Positions 36,945-49,592 of a stretch of DNA of 54,561 nt are shown one piece after another. A program made the translations under genes and the position numbers. The DNA is from Bigelowiella natans CCMP2755. Lineage: Eukaryota; Protista; Cercozoa. Numbering within the stretch: position 1 is the stretch's first letter; the number at the start of each line of letters is the position of its first letter. The stretch is taken from contig ADNK01001713.1 in the NCBI GenBank assembly GCA_000320545.1, positions 1 through 54,561 on the forward strand, read 5' to 3'. Under the pieces are notes generated by a model that saw nothing but the letters and a program-made list of their open reading frames with translations, ran no database searches and had not been told where the DNA came from.

Positions 36945-38209
36945 ATGGAGCCTTCGTCTCCACCCCCTCTGCGATCCGCTCGGCCCATGGGGTTTTTCGA
37001 GCGCCCCCCTCCTCCCCCACCACTCTCCAAAAATAGAAGCCCAAAATCCAACAGTTGTGACACTTTGGCGAGAAGAGTCCCACAACCAAGCTCCAGAGCT
37101 GTAGCTCTCTCAATGCTCAGATTACGGAAGAGGGGATTAGACCCTGTAGCGGTTTTGCCCTCCCACTCGAAGAGGCCCAAGCGTGAAAACGGGGTTTCTG
37201 ATACTAAGAGTAATGGCTGTGATGGAAGCTATGATATTCGGAGTGACGGAAAGCTCGATGCCCCGATCCCAAGCGGGTTGTCGCTGCCTCCACCATATTG
37301 CCGATGTGAGAAAAGAGTTTCAAACGGGGATGGGTCTAACAAATCTGGCACCACACCTGAATATGACCTCAGCGTATCTAATCTTAAGAGGGGGAATGCA
37401 GCGGAAATTTTGAAGCAAAATTGCCACTTCTGCGGACGATGCAAGCCAAAGAGCGATCGATACAGCTGCAAGAACCCGGTGAAGTGCCACCACTTTATGA
37501 CTCGCAATTCTGTCTCCTTGACTTTAGCACCCGTCTGCATTCCTCATTCGATAAGCTCGCCTTGTCACATTCTGTATATTAATGGTATACGATTTTTACA
37601 AATAGTACTGTTCCTTGCAAGGGCACCGCAACAAGTACATCTGCCAAGCTTGCGTGGATTACCAGAAAGAGTATTTTGGCAGTATCGGGGTGGATTGGAA
37701 GAACATTATCGGAGATGTTACCGACCCCCAGTGGTTTTGTCCTTCATGTGTTTTGTGGGAAGACAGTTACCTCCCATATCCCGGGTTGTGCTGTTGTTCT
37801 TTCCGGCGAAATCAGATCAAATGCCCGCTACACCTTAGCTGCCAATCATCCGCGAAATCAAAGCACGGAAGGGGTACTTGTTGATTTGAATGTCCGCACG
37901 CCTTTCCGATCGGTGACTTATCTTCTTCTTCCTAGTGTTGAGGGGGGGGGGGGGGGGGGGGGGAATTGATTTGCGATACCGATGGTTTTTCCACGCTTGT
38001 TCTCCCCCATTTTTAGAAACCCTCGAGTGGTCGTCATTCGAATCCCTAATTTCCCGCCTCTGTGTCGTTTGTTCTTTGGCTGCTTTGCTTTGCTAGCCCG
38101 GAGTCAGGGGGTAAAGGATAAACGGAGGTTCATGAAGACGAATTACCACTGCAAACCCTACAAACAGAAGATCAGCAACAAGATGAGGTCGGTCTCGAAA
38201 TATCATTAG
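36945..38209 (+). CDS. Protein with zf-4CXXC_R1-like (CDCA7/JPO1-type) Cys-rich zinc finger
   Basis: Spliced CHFC...CKNP|YC...ICQAC...WFCPSC...LCCC; low-complexity N-terminus with a basic NLS-like stretch. Confidence 0.65.
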
Positions 38210-38645
38210 TTCGGCTCGGGGGGGGGGGGGGAGGGGGGGAATTGCTGCTAAGGGGCTGGGGGAGGCAGACCTAATAGTAGCAAAATGAATATCTCTTACA
38301 ATGCGATGGTGATGGGACGAAGATTCGGAGCTTCTCGCCACAGTGCCCCCTCCCTACGAGACCAGGCTGTTCTGTCGGCCCTCTGGGGAGGGGGCGGCGT
38401 CGCAAAAACGGATTTGGGAGGAAGCCGACACTCCGCAGCCGCCACGGCAATTTCCTCTCTGTTCTTACAGCGACCATTGCAATTGTTTTGCATGTGCGCA
38501 GATCGCTTCATTTTGACATTCGCCGAGTCCGAATAGGGTCTAGGCCCCATCTTAGAGTCTACGATACGAGCGCGACGACGGTGCGATCCCGCCCCTGTTC
38601 TTGGTCTTTTTGAGCCGGTTTTCAAGGAGGGGGGGAGGGAAGAGA

Positions 38646-38687
<42 letters not shown>

Positions 38688-38765
38688 GATGATGATGTCA
38701 AACTTCTAATGGCATATCCGCCATCGCCCCCCCCCTCCCCATTTATCGTCGTCGTCGTCGTCAGG

Positions 38766-39036
38766 GAGCTCCGTCCTACTGTAGCGTGTGCAAGGGTTTG
38801 GAGGCAGGGCGGTCTTGTGCGAATGGTAGCATCGATGCTGATGATGACAAGAAGAAGAAGACTTTGAACGGAGACGGACTCTTCAACACCTACCCAGCCG
38901 CCTCTGGAACAAGCTCTTCATCCTCTCCGACCGAAAAGGCCAAGAAGGGGGGAGGGGAGCGGGAAGCTAGCAACACAGCAGGAACGTCTCGCCAACGGTA
39001 TATTAAAGGGGTAAATCATGCAAAGCAGCCAGGACT

Positions 39037-39071
<35 letters not shown>

Positions 39072-39730
39072 CTAAAAAGGACAGCAACGAACACCATGAA
39101 AGGGTAGAAGGCAATGATGCACTTCGACCCTCTCCTCTCCCCCCCCCCTCCCCTCATCCTGGGCCGTCGTCATCGTTGCCATCATCATCATCGTCATCGT
39201 CATCTCCACAACGTCGGGTGGTTCAAATCAAGCTGACAGGCAAAGCGAGCATGGCCGGGCTGAAAAGCAGCATGGCGACCCTCCGCCCCCCACCCTCTCA
39301 CACCATCTCCTCCTCCTCCTCCTCCTCCTCCTCTCCACCCCCCTCCTCACCACCTCCATCATCCATCAACAAGGGGACAGACGCAAGCTGGTATAAGAGC
39401 AATCCAAAACAGCCTAAGCACCTCGCGTCCTCCTCCTCCTCCTCCTCCTCCTCCTCCTCCTTCTCCTCCTTTTCCCCCCCCCCTCCCCCCCCCAACCGCT
39501 CTAGGATCCGGGTTTTGTCTCGGGAAACAGCCAGAGATGCAGCAAATATAACGACTAGTGAGAGCCTGCGCCTCCGGCAGCGATCTGCCTCATCTTCTCT
39601 GCCAATGGCTTCTTCCTCCTCTTCTTTACCGGCGTCGGCGTCGTTCTCCCCACCTTCATCATCATCATCATCATCAGCGTTATCAGTGGTAGCGGGGACG
39701 GTTCTTCCAGCGTCTCAGGCCAATATGTGA
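38766..39730 (+). CDS. Low-complexity Ser/Pro/Gln-rich hypothetical protein or exon
   Basis: 314-aa ORF with an AG acceptor at about 38765; no recognisable domain. Confidence 0.4.
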
Positions 39731-40349
39731 CAAGGTATTGTGTAGAGTAAGAAACAGAGGTGGGGGGGGAGTGGATGGAGGAAATAAGCAGATTCTCTTC
39801 CCCTTCTCTCTGCCTCTCTTACTCTTTCTCTTTCTCTCTATATATCGTTTTCTCTCTTCGTTTCTCTCTTCTGTTCAACTACTTCATCTCCCTCGCTGCT
39901 ATGATTGCTAAGAGAACTTCTTCTCTACAAATGTCAGACGTCTCACAGCCGCCGAACGTCCTTCTGGCAGCTGCAGCGGTGGCCCTCTCATAACGCATCT
40001 TACGCAACACGCGAAGCGACCAAAGAAGAATGGTTTTCTCTCTAGCGGGCCTCCGCCGTCATCATCGTATATCTCAGCTTCATTATCCCTCTCGTGTTTA
40101 TTGCTGGGTAAATGAGTACGTTTCCTCCTCCAACTACATTACCATTACGACCTCCCCACCTTTTTGGACCACGAAAACCTGCAGAGGGGGGGGGGGGGGG
40201 GGCTGTAGGCTAATGAATAATGTGTCGTTCAGTAGCTCTGCTGGAATACTATTACTGCAGCGTGCCTTCTGTGTCACGCTACATCATTACATTAAGAAGT
40301 TAAGTTTCAATAGAATCGATTGGTTAACGATATATTGCAAAACATGATG

Positions 40350-41816
40350 TCGTCTTCTTCAGTAGCCTAGCTCTAGTTGTCCCCCCCCACCTATGTATGC
40401 TAAATGCCGCAAAACCTATTCTAGCTATTTCTGAACGTGCATCGTACACGTGTTGGGATGACGGCTACGATGCACTGCATTGCGGCAGAATGTGAAAGGT
40501 GCAAGCAATGAATCTAGTAAAATTGGGCGAGCGCGACGATATGCAATAGCTAGACAGATAAAAATCTTTATTATTTATGCTCATTCAACAACGTCAAGTT
40601 GAAAGGATGATAGACAGCAACGAATTTATCATATATATGTTACATGTGCCATTACTGTGTCTATTATCTTTGAACATCAGGCTCCAGTGCACTTCCAATG
40701 CCCAATGCTATGTGCGCACGATTGCAGCGCTGCAATAGCTAGACAGCGACTTGCATGCTTCCCGTCGATCTAGCCGCGTGCGTATCTAATATTTACTTAT
40801 ACTGTAGCTCATTCTAGCTAGTTAAAGGCCTAAACTGCTATTTGTTAGCCGTGCGGCGTTTTGCTGCGCCATCGTCAGTCGCTTGCGTACGTCAATGACT
40901 AAGATGCATCTAGGCTTCACGTAACATCATTGCCTTATTGCAGCAAAAGTCTCTGATGCTTCATTGCTATGTTCACACCTTCCGCTTTTGCTACACATCC
41001 AAAAACTTGCTAGAAAGAAAACATGGAGTCTTGTTGCAAGGCACCATTGTTGTAGCGTCACATGCTTCTCGTTGTTCTTCAGTTTTGTCCAAACACATAC
41101 ATTGTAGTCCTTCACTCTTTTTGTGTGTAAGTACTAACTTTTTTTTGGTCTCAAGGCAGCTTTTCAGCCTACCATCTCTCTCCATGATCCATCTTTGAGC
41201 ATCTGTACCGTTGTTTGTCCACAAATATTATAAATGAACTCGTGTACCTCTTTCAATTTCTTGGCAACCGCCATCTACAACTAGCACGAAATTCTCGTCC
41301 AATTTGCTTTTGAAAAGGGAATTTTCGTAGTTCCATAATTGTGATTTGTTGCCTTCATCATGTGTGTGTCATGTGTGCTGTTGCCATGTCCATCATGGAC
41401 AGAGGAAGCGATAGAGCATTCCGCTGATCCATCGCCCAGCCCGATGATTTTGCTGCTGTGCTCTAATCCGCCAACGATGCCTCCCCGTCTGTCTGAATGC
41501 TCCTAGTTACATGTAAGTGTAGATGTGCAACCATGTGCATGTTTGGTACATTTGTGCACATGAAAGAGAACGCTTTGCATGTAACTACTCAGAATTAGCT
41601 ACACATCTAGATATCTAGCACATGTGATGTATGTATGATATTACATGTCTAAAATCTAATAAGCTCATGCAACATCACATATATGTTATATATGCTATTA
41701 CTGTGTATATTATGCATAGCTTTACGAGGGTATGCTTCGCATGCCACACCGCCATTGGCGGTTATTATAATATTTTATTATTATTACTTACACACCACAC
41801 ACTTGCATCCGTCTCA
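40350..41816. repeat. Degenerate repeat cluster sharing segments with 2410-2450 and 45781-45815, and the MITE end catccgtctca at 41806-41816
   Basis: Shared motif attactgtgt(c/a)tattat at about 2425, 40651 and 41697; partial TpA depletion. Confidence 0.55.
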
Positions 41817-43018
41817 TGATGCTTATGCTGTGCATCACATCACGTTGTCAATGAACAATGAACAATGATAAAAAACTACATTTCCAAAATGTTACAAGAC
41901 ATTTGCAGTGTACGAAACGCAGTGCCTCGAACTAGCTTTAGAGAGGACTATAACTAGTAAATTAAGTAGCTGGTTTTTTAAATTGTCTGTTGTGCAATGT
42001 GCAATAGACATTCATTCATCATCGCGCGATGCGATCTTTCTAAATTTCATTTCTCATTTTTTCCTAGCATTCTGCACAACCCTGTGCACGCACCGCCACG
42101 TCTTCGTGGACATTCTGCGCACGGACTTCTCCTTTTGCTTGCACCATCTTCAGAAGCCTCTTCCCTTGTAAAATGAGATGCAATGTCTTCCATGTCACAA
42201 ATGGTACTTTTTCGAGGCTTAAAAGAAATGGCGTCACGGTCTTCTGCAAGCAAGTCCATGATGTCGACATTTTGTGGCATCGGCCAATTCACACTTTCTA
42301 GCCATTGATCACCTGGCGTGCCAGCGCGCTCTTTCTCATTCGAGCACCGAACAGATCTCATTGAAATGTCATAGCTTGCTTTGACTGAGGCTACGCTCGA
42401 AGTAGATGGCCATCGAATCTTTGACACAGACTTGCTCATCCTTGGAGCGAGGAACAATCCACGTGGAACTTGGTAGCAAATAACAGGCGTCAAAAAAAGG
42501 AGGGATGTAAACGCAGAGCGAGGACGAGATGGAAACATTGACGAGGTTGAAATTTGAGATAACGGATCAGTTCCCGCCAGAGACCATCACAAGACGGAGG
42601 TCTTCCAAAACCATGTTCGGCTTGAAGATTCTGTTCTTAGGCGGTGCAACGACGAAGAGCAGAGAGAGACCCGAGAGAGCCGACTACCTCGACTACGCGT
42701 AGTGAAAACACAGGCGATTTCCTGCTATTTTGCAATTTCACACCAAAAATACACCAAAAATACGGATTGGGGACGGTGGTCCAGACGAGCAGTATGAGAG
42801 GGTAGTCTTGGATCGCAAGATAAATAACGAACCAATACCGGGTGATAATTTTCAGTAAATAGGCCCATATTTCATCCTACGACAAAGAAAATATGCAACT
42901 CTAACTAACTAGATCCTATCTTCCTCGTTGCTTCTCCCGACCTCCCCTCCACGACGACGACGACGGATGAGCGACGTCTTCTGCGCATGTTGTGAATTGA
43001 AAACAATCCATCAGCCGC

Positions 43019-43768
43019 ATGATGATGCCTACTTCAAACCCTCGGACTCAGTCAGTAGCCCTGGTTTCACTTTCTGCCGCGGCCCTTCTAATTTGCGCAT
43101 GGAGCTCATGGGGGTCATCATCTCCACAACTACGATCTGCTCCGCTGAACCGTGCGCGTCCAGTTGGGCTCAGAAATTTCCCACAGTTTCATAGCCCTAC
43201 GTTAAGCTCTTTTCGTCGCCCTTCTAGGAACCAGCTTCGTCGTGCATGCATTTGCAATGCAATTGGTCTCTACTACTCCACCCAAACAGGAAACACAGAA
43301 ACTGTTGCTGGGAAGATAGCTGAAATGTGTGGAGAACCTGCCCAAGAGATTGGCGACGTTTCTGCTGCTGATTTATCACAGCACGATGGACTTATTGTAG
43401 GTGCTCCTACATGGCATACAGATGCTGACACTGAGCGCTCAGGTACTGCCTGGGATGACGTTCTGGATGAGATTAGGGGATTGAGTCTTAGTGGTAAACC
43501 TGTTGCGGTCTTCGGTGTAGGTGACTCTGTCAGCTACTCCGAAAACTTCTGTGATGCCATTGAGGAGCTCCACGACGCCTTTGTTTCTGCGGGTGCAAAG
43601 ATGGTTGGGTATGTAGACCCCTCTGGATATCAGCACGAGTCCTCTAAAAGCATCAGGGACGGAAAGTTCCTGGGCCTTCCGTTAGATGAAGACAATGAGT
43701 ATGACATGACTGATGCTAGACTGAACACTTGGATGCAAGAACTCAAAGCTCAGGGAATGCCAATCTAG
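43019..43768 (+). CDS. Long-chain flavodoxin with signal peptide and transit peptide (plastid-targeted), intronless
   Basis: IGLYYSTQTGNTETVA, LIVGAPTWHT, VAVFGVGDSVSYSENFCDA, FLGLPLDEDNE; hydrophobic leader followed by an Arg/Ser-rich transit-like segment. Confidence 0.95.
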   Translation: MMMPTSNPRTQSVALVSLSAAALLICAWSSWGSSSPQLRSAPLNRARPVGLRNFPQFHSPTLSSFRRPSRNQLRRACICNAIGLYYSTQTGNTETVAGKIAEMCGEPAQEIGDVSAADLSQHDGLIVGAPTWHTDADTERSGTAWDDVLDEIRGLSLSGKPVAVFGVGDSVSYSENFCDAIEELHDAFVSAGAKMVGYVDPSGYQHESSKSIRDGKFLGLPLDEDNEYDMTDARLNTWMQELKAQGMPI

Positions 43769-43813
43769 ACTGAACACTTGGATGCAAGAACTCAAAGCTC
43801 AGGGAATGCCAAT
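43716..43813 (+). repeat. Exact 49-bp tandem duplication spanning the flavodoxin 3' end
   Basis: ctagactgaacacttggatgcaagaactcaaagctcagggaatgccaat occurs twice (43716-43764 and 43765-43813). Confidence 0.95.
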
Positions 43814-44504
43814 GAACGTGAAAATCTTGGGATAGACTGACAAGGACTAGGTTGATGATCGAATTGTTTGCGAGACTCGCTGCGCAGTGACTGGCGTACA
43901 GCTATCCACTGATCTAGAGGCATTAACTCGGAATCAGGTTGCTACGTGTTTCATGATGTGGATCGTTTGCAATGTTGGTGCTCAAAATGTGCAACAATGT
44001 TTAGCGGCCCACAAATGTACGCAGTACGTCCACAATGCACAAATGTACTTTGTGCATGCGTATACATGTCCTACCTAGCATGGCAGGTGTGCGCACAATG
44101 TACTTCTTGTCTCACTGACGTTCCTCACAGCATGTGAATTCTCGCTAGCTTGCACTAGTGCACGACATTTCAACAACTTGGTGTCATTGATTCTAGCCGC
44201 GCATGATGTTACTTACTAAAAGCAATTTGCATGCTTGAAGCGCGTAAGAGGTTCATCCTGTTGAAAAGATTCAATCACTTCATTAAATCCGCCGTCTCAT
44301 ACGTATCACTGCATGCGCTTTTTAACATTGAAAATAGAGCAATTTTCATGATTGCTATCACCGATCACCTCAGTCTCTGCAAGAACATGAACCTCCTCAG
44401 TGCAGCATCATGACAGAAGACCGTCCTGTGTGAGCATGAATCACACAAACGTGACAATGTGACAACAATACACTCGAATGTTGAAGTGAAATAGGTACAT
44501 CATT

Positions 44505-44703
44505 GTGATGTCACAACAATTCGAATTTGGATTCATGTTTTGCGGAAGTGCCTCAACTCGTGAACAGTGCAGTCGCCATGTGCCATGTGATTTCATTTCT
44601 GACACCATGTCGTTGGATCTCATCAACAAACTGATGAATTTTCAAGACAGAAGACGATCGTCAAAGACCATTCGACCCATGTTCATCATTATCGATGATT
44701 TTG
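44505..44703 (+). pseudogene. Fragment of an A32/FtsK-HerA-like packaging ATPase (Polinton/PLV/virophage/NCLDV-type relic)
   Basis: FEFGFMFCGSASTREQCSRHVPCDFISD...LINKLMNFQ...RPMFIIIDDF resembles the segment leading to Walker B (hhhhDD); Walker A and the downstream arginine motif are not found. Confidence 0.55.
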
Positions 44704-46145
44704 ACACATGCAAATGTCACAATTCACATTTACTAGCTAGTGAAACACATTGAACAAAAAAGGAACATTGAACATTTCACAGTCATGTTTTTTGCTCAAG
44801 GATGAAACTGAGATGGAGTTTCGTTTTCATGATGCAGTGCGCGAAATGGCAAAAGGCGACAAGTCGTCAAAAAGAGCACTTGCAAGGGGAAGTGGCAACA
44901 GTGCTTGCAAAACCTTGATGAACAAAGACATGTTGTTCTTTGATCATTGCGTTCACAAAAACAAAAACGGTATTAAACTATCGAAAAACTCTCTCAAATC
45001 GCCAACAGCGAAATGTTATCTTGACAACACTACTAAGAGACCCACAAGCTTTGTGCCGTTTCCACCTGGTAGACACGGTCATTTTGAAACAGACGAGTCA
45101 TCATCGTCCTCGTCGTCGTCTTCCCCGTCGAAGCCGTCGAAGCCGTCATCGTCGTCGTCATCGTTGTCGTCAGCCGATACGATTGATCTCACGACGCTTA
45201 GTGATGATGATGCCAATGACAGACCCGGTTCGCCCCCCCCCTCCTCCTCCTCCTCCTACTGAATTTGACCGCAATCTTGATTTCCCTACTAACGACTACT
45301 ATCGCAGATACGACCGCACAATGTTCGACACAACAGCGAACATTGTGTGGTCGTATGCTGGTAAAGACATTTTACGGCGCACCAACATGGGAATGCTGCG
45401 AATGCGCGCGGATGACAAAGATTTACGACGACAAACGCTTCAGATGCTGACCCTAATTATTAATTGCACGGGAACTATGCACATCTGCAAGGTCGTCGCT
45501 CGTTCTCGCATCAAAGACAAAATGCGAAAAGCGACGATGAAAGAGCAACAAGAGGCACTCTGTGTGGACATGGGGTGCATGCGATCAACAACGTCGAGGG
45601 CATGCATGGCTTTCGAAACCTCCTCAATCCAGATGTAAATTCTACCAACGTTAACTTCAACTGCGAGGATGAGGACAAACACACGGATATGATGAAACGC
45701 GTTTTCGCTATGACTCCGATGCACAAATGGCCGTCGTCGCCTTTGCGCTCATTCAGCTACAGCAACCTCGGGAGCTCCTTTCATGTAATATCATATATGT
45801 GTTATATATGCTATTTGCGTGCACGACTAGACGATTTACGCCGTATTAGCGTATGGTTAAAACATGTGCTCGCCTCATCTTGCGCCTATCTAGCTATATG
45901 AGCTATGCATAGCACTAGAGCAGGTCGATGTGCATTAATTTAGTATCTAGAGGAAAGTTCTGTAAATGTCATATATGATGCAGTATGTGACGTAGCAAGA
46001 TAGCATCGCTTATGCTAGCATGGCACCACTCAACGCTTGCGACGATGTTCGTATTCCTTTAACTAAGTTCCATTTCGTGGCCTGCCCTTCTTGCGGATGA
46101 TGACTAGTTAGCTAAGAAAGTGCAAGTTGGGAAGCGCGCCGATCA

Positions 46146-46381
46146 TCAGCGAAGCGAGTACTGAATATAGCCGTTTTTGATAGGTGTTCCTGGGGTGACG
46201 TGCATGGTCAGGGTGTCCAGCTCCATCACCACCGAGCAGCAAGTTCCCACCGCATCCAAACCCAATTCTAGTGAAATATCAGACAGCACAAAAGAAAATG
46301 AGAGAAATTAGACACTCGCAGCAACAATAGCGAACAGCAGGTCATTTTAAGCAATCATGGTCTTTTCTTTTCCTTTAAATA

Positions 46382-46451
<70 letters not shown>

Positions 46452-46990
46452 AATCTTTGTATAAATAACCTCGATATGGGCAGTATGGTCGCAAAATTGG
46501 AAGCTCGCCTTCACCTGAGAAACATGCCCCCCCCCCAAAAATGTATGATGATCATGAAGAGATGAACCAAACCAAGGGCAAGCAGTGGGTTTGTGAGCAC
46601 ACATGTCTCGTGAAAGGTGAACTAAAAAGTGATGTTTTATCAAAAACATCTCGTGGCAAAACACCGGGGATTTCTCGCCTGAATTTCGGACACCGTCCGG
46701 TTTCCCAAAATTCGCATCGCTCATCTTCTATTGGTGTCCACGCGTGTTGGGCACAACTTCCAACTTTGTTTTTTTACCATCGGCCAGTATCCTTTTCACA
46801 TCGTCGACGCTGAGATCTGGAAACGTCCCAGACGTTGTCCTTTTACTCTCTGCTGCTCCGCGCATCAGTTCGCACGCGCGGTCGTACCTTTGAGCAGTTA
46901 TGGGCAGAAGTAAAGTTATAAATCAGGCATGCCTTCCCTCTCTCCATCTCTCTCTCCACCTACCCCCCCCCCCCCCACAATCTCTCTTCC

Positions 46991-47067
<77 letters not shown>

Positions 47068-47119
47068 TTCCTCACTTGTATATCAAATAATATGTATTTA
47101 TATAAATATTTACATATAC

Positions 47120-47163
<44 letters not shown>

Positions 47164-48922
47164 GTGTACATTTATAAATATATTTCTATTGCCATGGCTT
47201 TCCGCCTGCTATTGCACGCATATGATGAGGAATCTACGATGTTATGTTAACTTGACCACCTTGCATAAGAACTACCGCTGCCTGTTCGTGTGTTGTCGAG
47301 CCCACACCTATATTGACAAGAACACCTCATTCTTTTATTGAGAGGGGATAGGATAACCTTTATTGCCCCATGGCAAAACCCGACTGACTTTAAGCTAGTC
47401 AGCTGCATGATTTCCCATCGTATCCTATTCTAAGTGCGCGCTGTAAGGGCATGCCAAAATATCTAAGAGTGCGATGGGAAATTCGTAAAGGTCTGTCCTA
47501 CGAGCACGGCTGACCATGACATGAGACAAAACCATCCGCTCCACTGTTCTCACAGAATCTTTGCACGTTTTAACATCTGGTGACTCATCTAGCTAGCCAA
47601 CCTCAGGAAATGATTTGTATGGACTGGGGGCAGCGTTCTTCCATCCCCCGGTCCTCCCCCTTTCTTCTGGTTCGTTTGCGAGTCGTCGTCGTGCGAAATG
47701 GCGTCGACCGTTCCCCCCCCTAGTTCTGAGACCGCGCAGGGAAATCACAAACACGCACATGCATGCATGCATACACACATACACACGTGTATGCAAACAC
47801 ATGCAGACAAACACAAACACCATGCGTATTTGTCGGGTTAATAAAAAGACCTATCATCGCATAATGCCCCTTCGCGTCCGCAGCGAAAAGATTTGACATT
47901 GATGAGACGCACAAATCGCTTCCCTGATGTCCGGGGAAAAATGCATAGAAATTAAGGAAAAATAGTGTATCACCAAATTGAAGTAGTGTATACAACAACC
48001 AATTATTTATCTAGTTTTTGCGGGAAATCCATTTTCGCATCAGAATAAAGAACAAAACCTCCACGGTGTTATATCGCTTACGCTTAAAAACTATTCATAG
48101 AGCGGCCGGCCAATGTTTTAATTCTTATTTTTTTTACATGGCACGCACTTTTATCATTGCCGTAGCAGCATGGAGTGTCCTAGAGTCCAGAACCGCCCTT
48201 TGTGTGTCATGATAATTATCGAACGAAAAATGTATATTTGCCGGTATTTACTGAATACATCCATGCGTGTGGTTACAATGGCACGCTCACGTCCAAAGCA
48301 TTCTCACACATTTTCAACGCATTGGTTTGATCTGTCTGCTTTCATTACCTCAACAGTATGTGCACAGGAATGCATCCTTCGAAGCTCTCTCTATCTCCCC
48401 CCCCCCTGATTTAAAAAAACAAAAAAACAGAAAACAAGAAACAGAGGGGGAAATAAGGAGCATGTAAGCAAGAAATACAAACATAGAACCGATTGAAACC
48501 ACGACTACCACTTCGAGTTGATGGGGTTGTAGGACAGCAAATTAAGCAGGACTCCCACGCCATCACTGTTCATCCCAATCTAAGAAGCGGTAGTTGTATG
48601 TAGACGAAGAACAAAGAAGAAGAGCAAAAGGAAGAAAAATGAAAAAGATGCAGTCGAGTCACGGGGTGAAACTAACGGATGTTCTTCCTGGAAGAACATT
48701 GAAACACGGTCTCAAGAAAGAGGACGGCCGGCTATTATTCTAATAACTCAGATTCGAACGAGATTGGGATCGCTCCGATGTAATTCAATGTTTAACCTGA
48801 CGCACCTTGCCTAATATTCCAGGCTCTGTGAGAGTCAATATCTTGCGCCCCGAGTTTGGATAGTCGATTCGTAGTAACACGAATAGATCTTCAAGTGTTT
48901 CCTCCCTTCGCATCAGCATAAT

Positions 48923-48965
<43 letters not shown>

Positions 48966-49245
48966 TTTTTTAATATGATATACATGTGAGCGTGCGTTCG
49001 TGTGTGTGTGTGTGTGTGTGTGTTTGTGTTTCTGTGTTGTGTCTGCGTCTTCTAATGTATAACTACTTCCCTCTCCCCCCCTTATTCTAATACTGCGTGA
49101 GGGATTATCAATTGTTGGTGTTACTGCCCATGTGTCTAGAATTAATGCTGACCAGTCCCAGTTTTGCGCCAAGATTTTGTTTTTAGGAACGTAAATCGAG
49201 GTGCACTCCCCTTCCAAAGCGGCACCATCCTCGTCACCAGCGCCC
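46146..49245 (-). CDS. Peptidase C45 / acyl-CoA:6-aminopenicillanic acid acyltransferase-like Ntn hydrolase, multi-exon
   Basis: GE-CTSIY (nucleophile Cys), ILAQNWDW, TLTEPGILGK|IGMNSDGVGVLLNLL, RAVLDSRTL, TCCSVVMELDTLTMHVTPGTP; no clear N-terminal alpha subunit. Confidence 0.85.
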
Positions 49246-49592
49246 CTGAAAGGCAAGAAACAAGACCCAAAACATGACGACCTTTAGGTGATTTCAAGCT
49301 ACCAATTCTACGCTGTGTGAGTGGTTAAAGGCGATAACGAATAGAGACAGGCTTCGCATAAAAGCCATAAGCATTCAGAAAATCTGCCGAAACTGAAATA
49401 ATCGGTATTATTGCATGGTCCAAAAGATCATTTTTGAACTCCATCGGCAATTTCATCAAAATTTCGTCTTACACCATGTTTTGTCAATGGATCAGTGGGT
49501 AGCCTTTTCGTACGACAAGTACATCGCTTCTTAGTTTCACAAATTGATGTGATTTCCTACAAAATACACGCTGTTAGTTCTAACTCAAAGCT

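Noticed and set aside
44395-44435. Walker A motif for the ATPase relic (SAAS*QKTVL)
   Set aside because: Different frame, contains a stop, and lacks the GK glycine.
46923-47341. ORFs rich in YI, CV, HT or ER dipeptides here and elsewhere
   Set aside because: They are translations of intronic (TA)n, (TG)n and (GA)n microsatellites.
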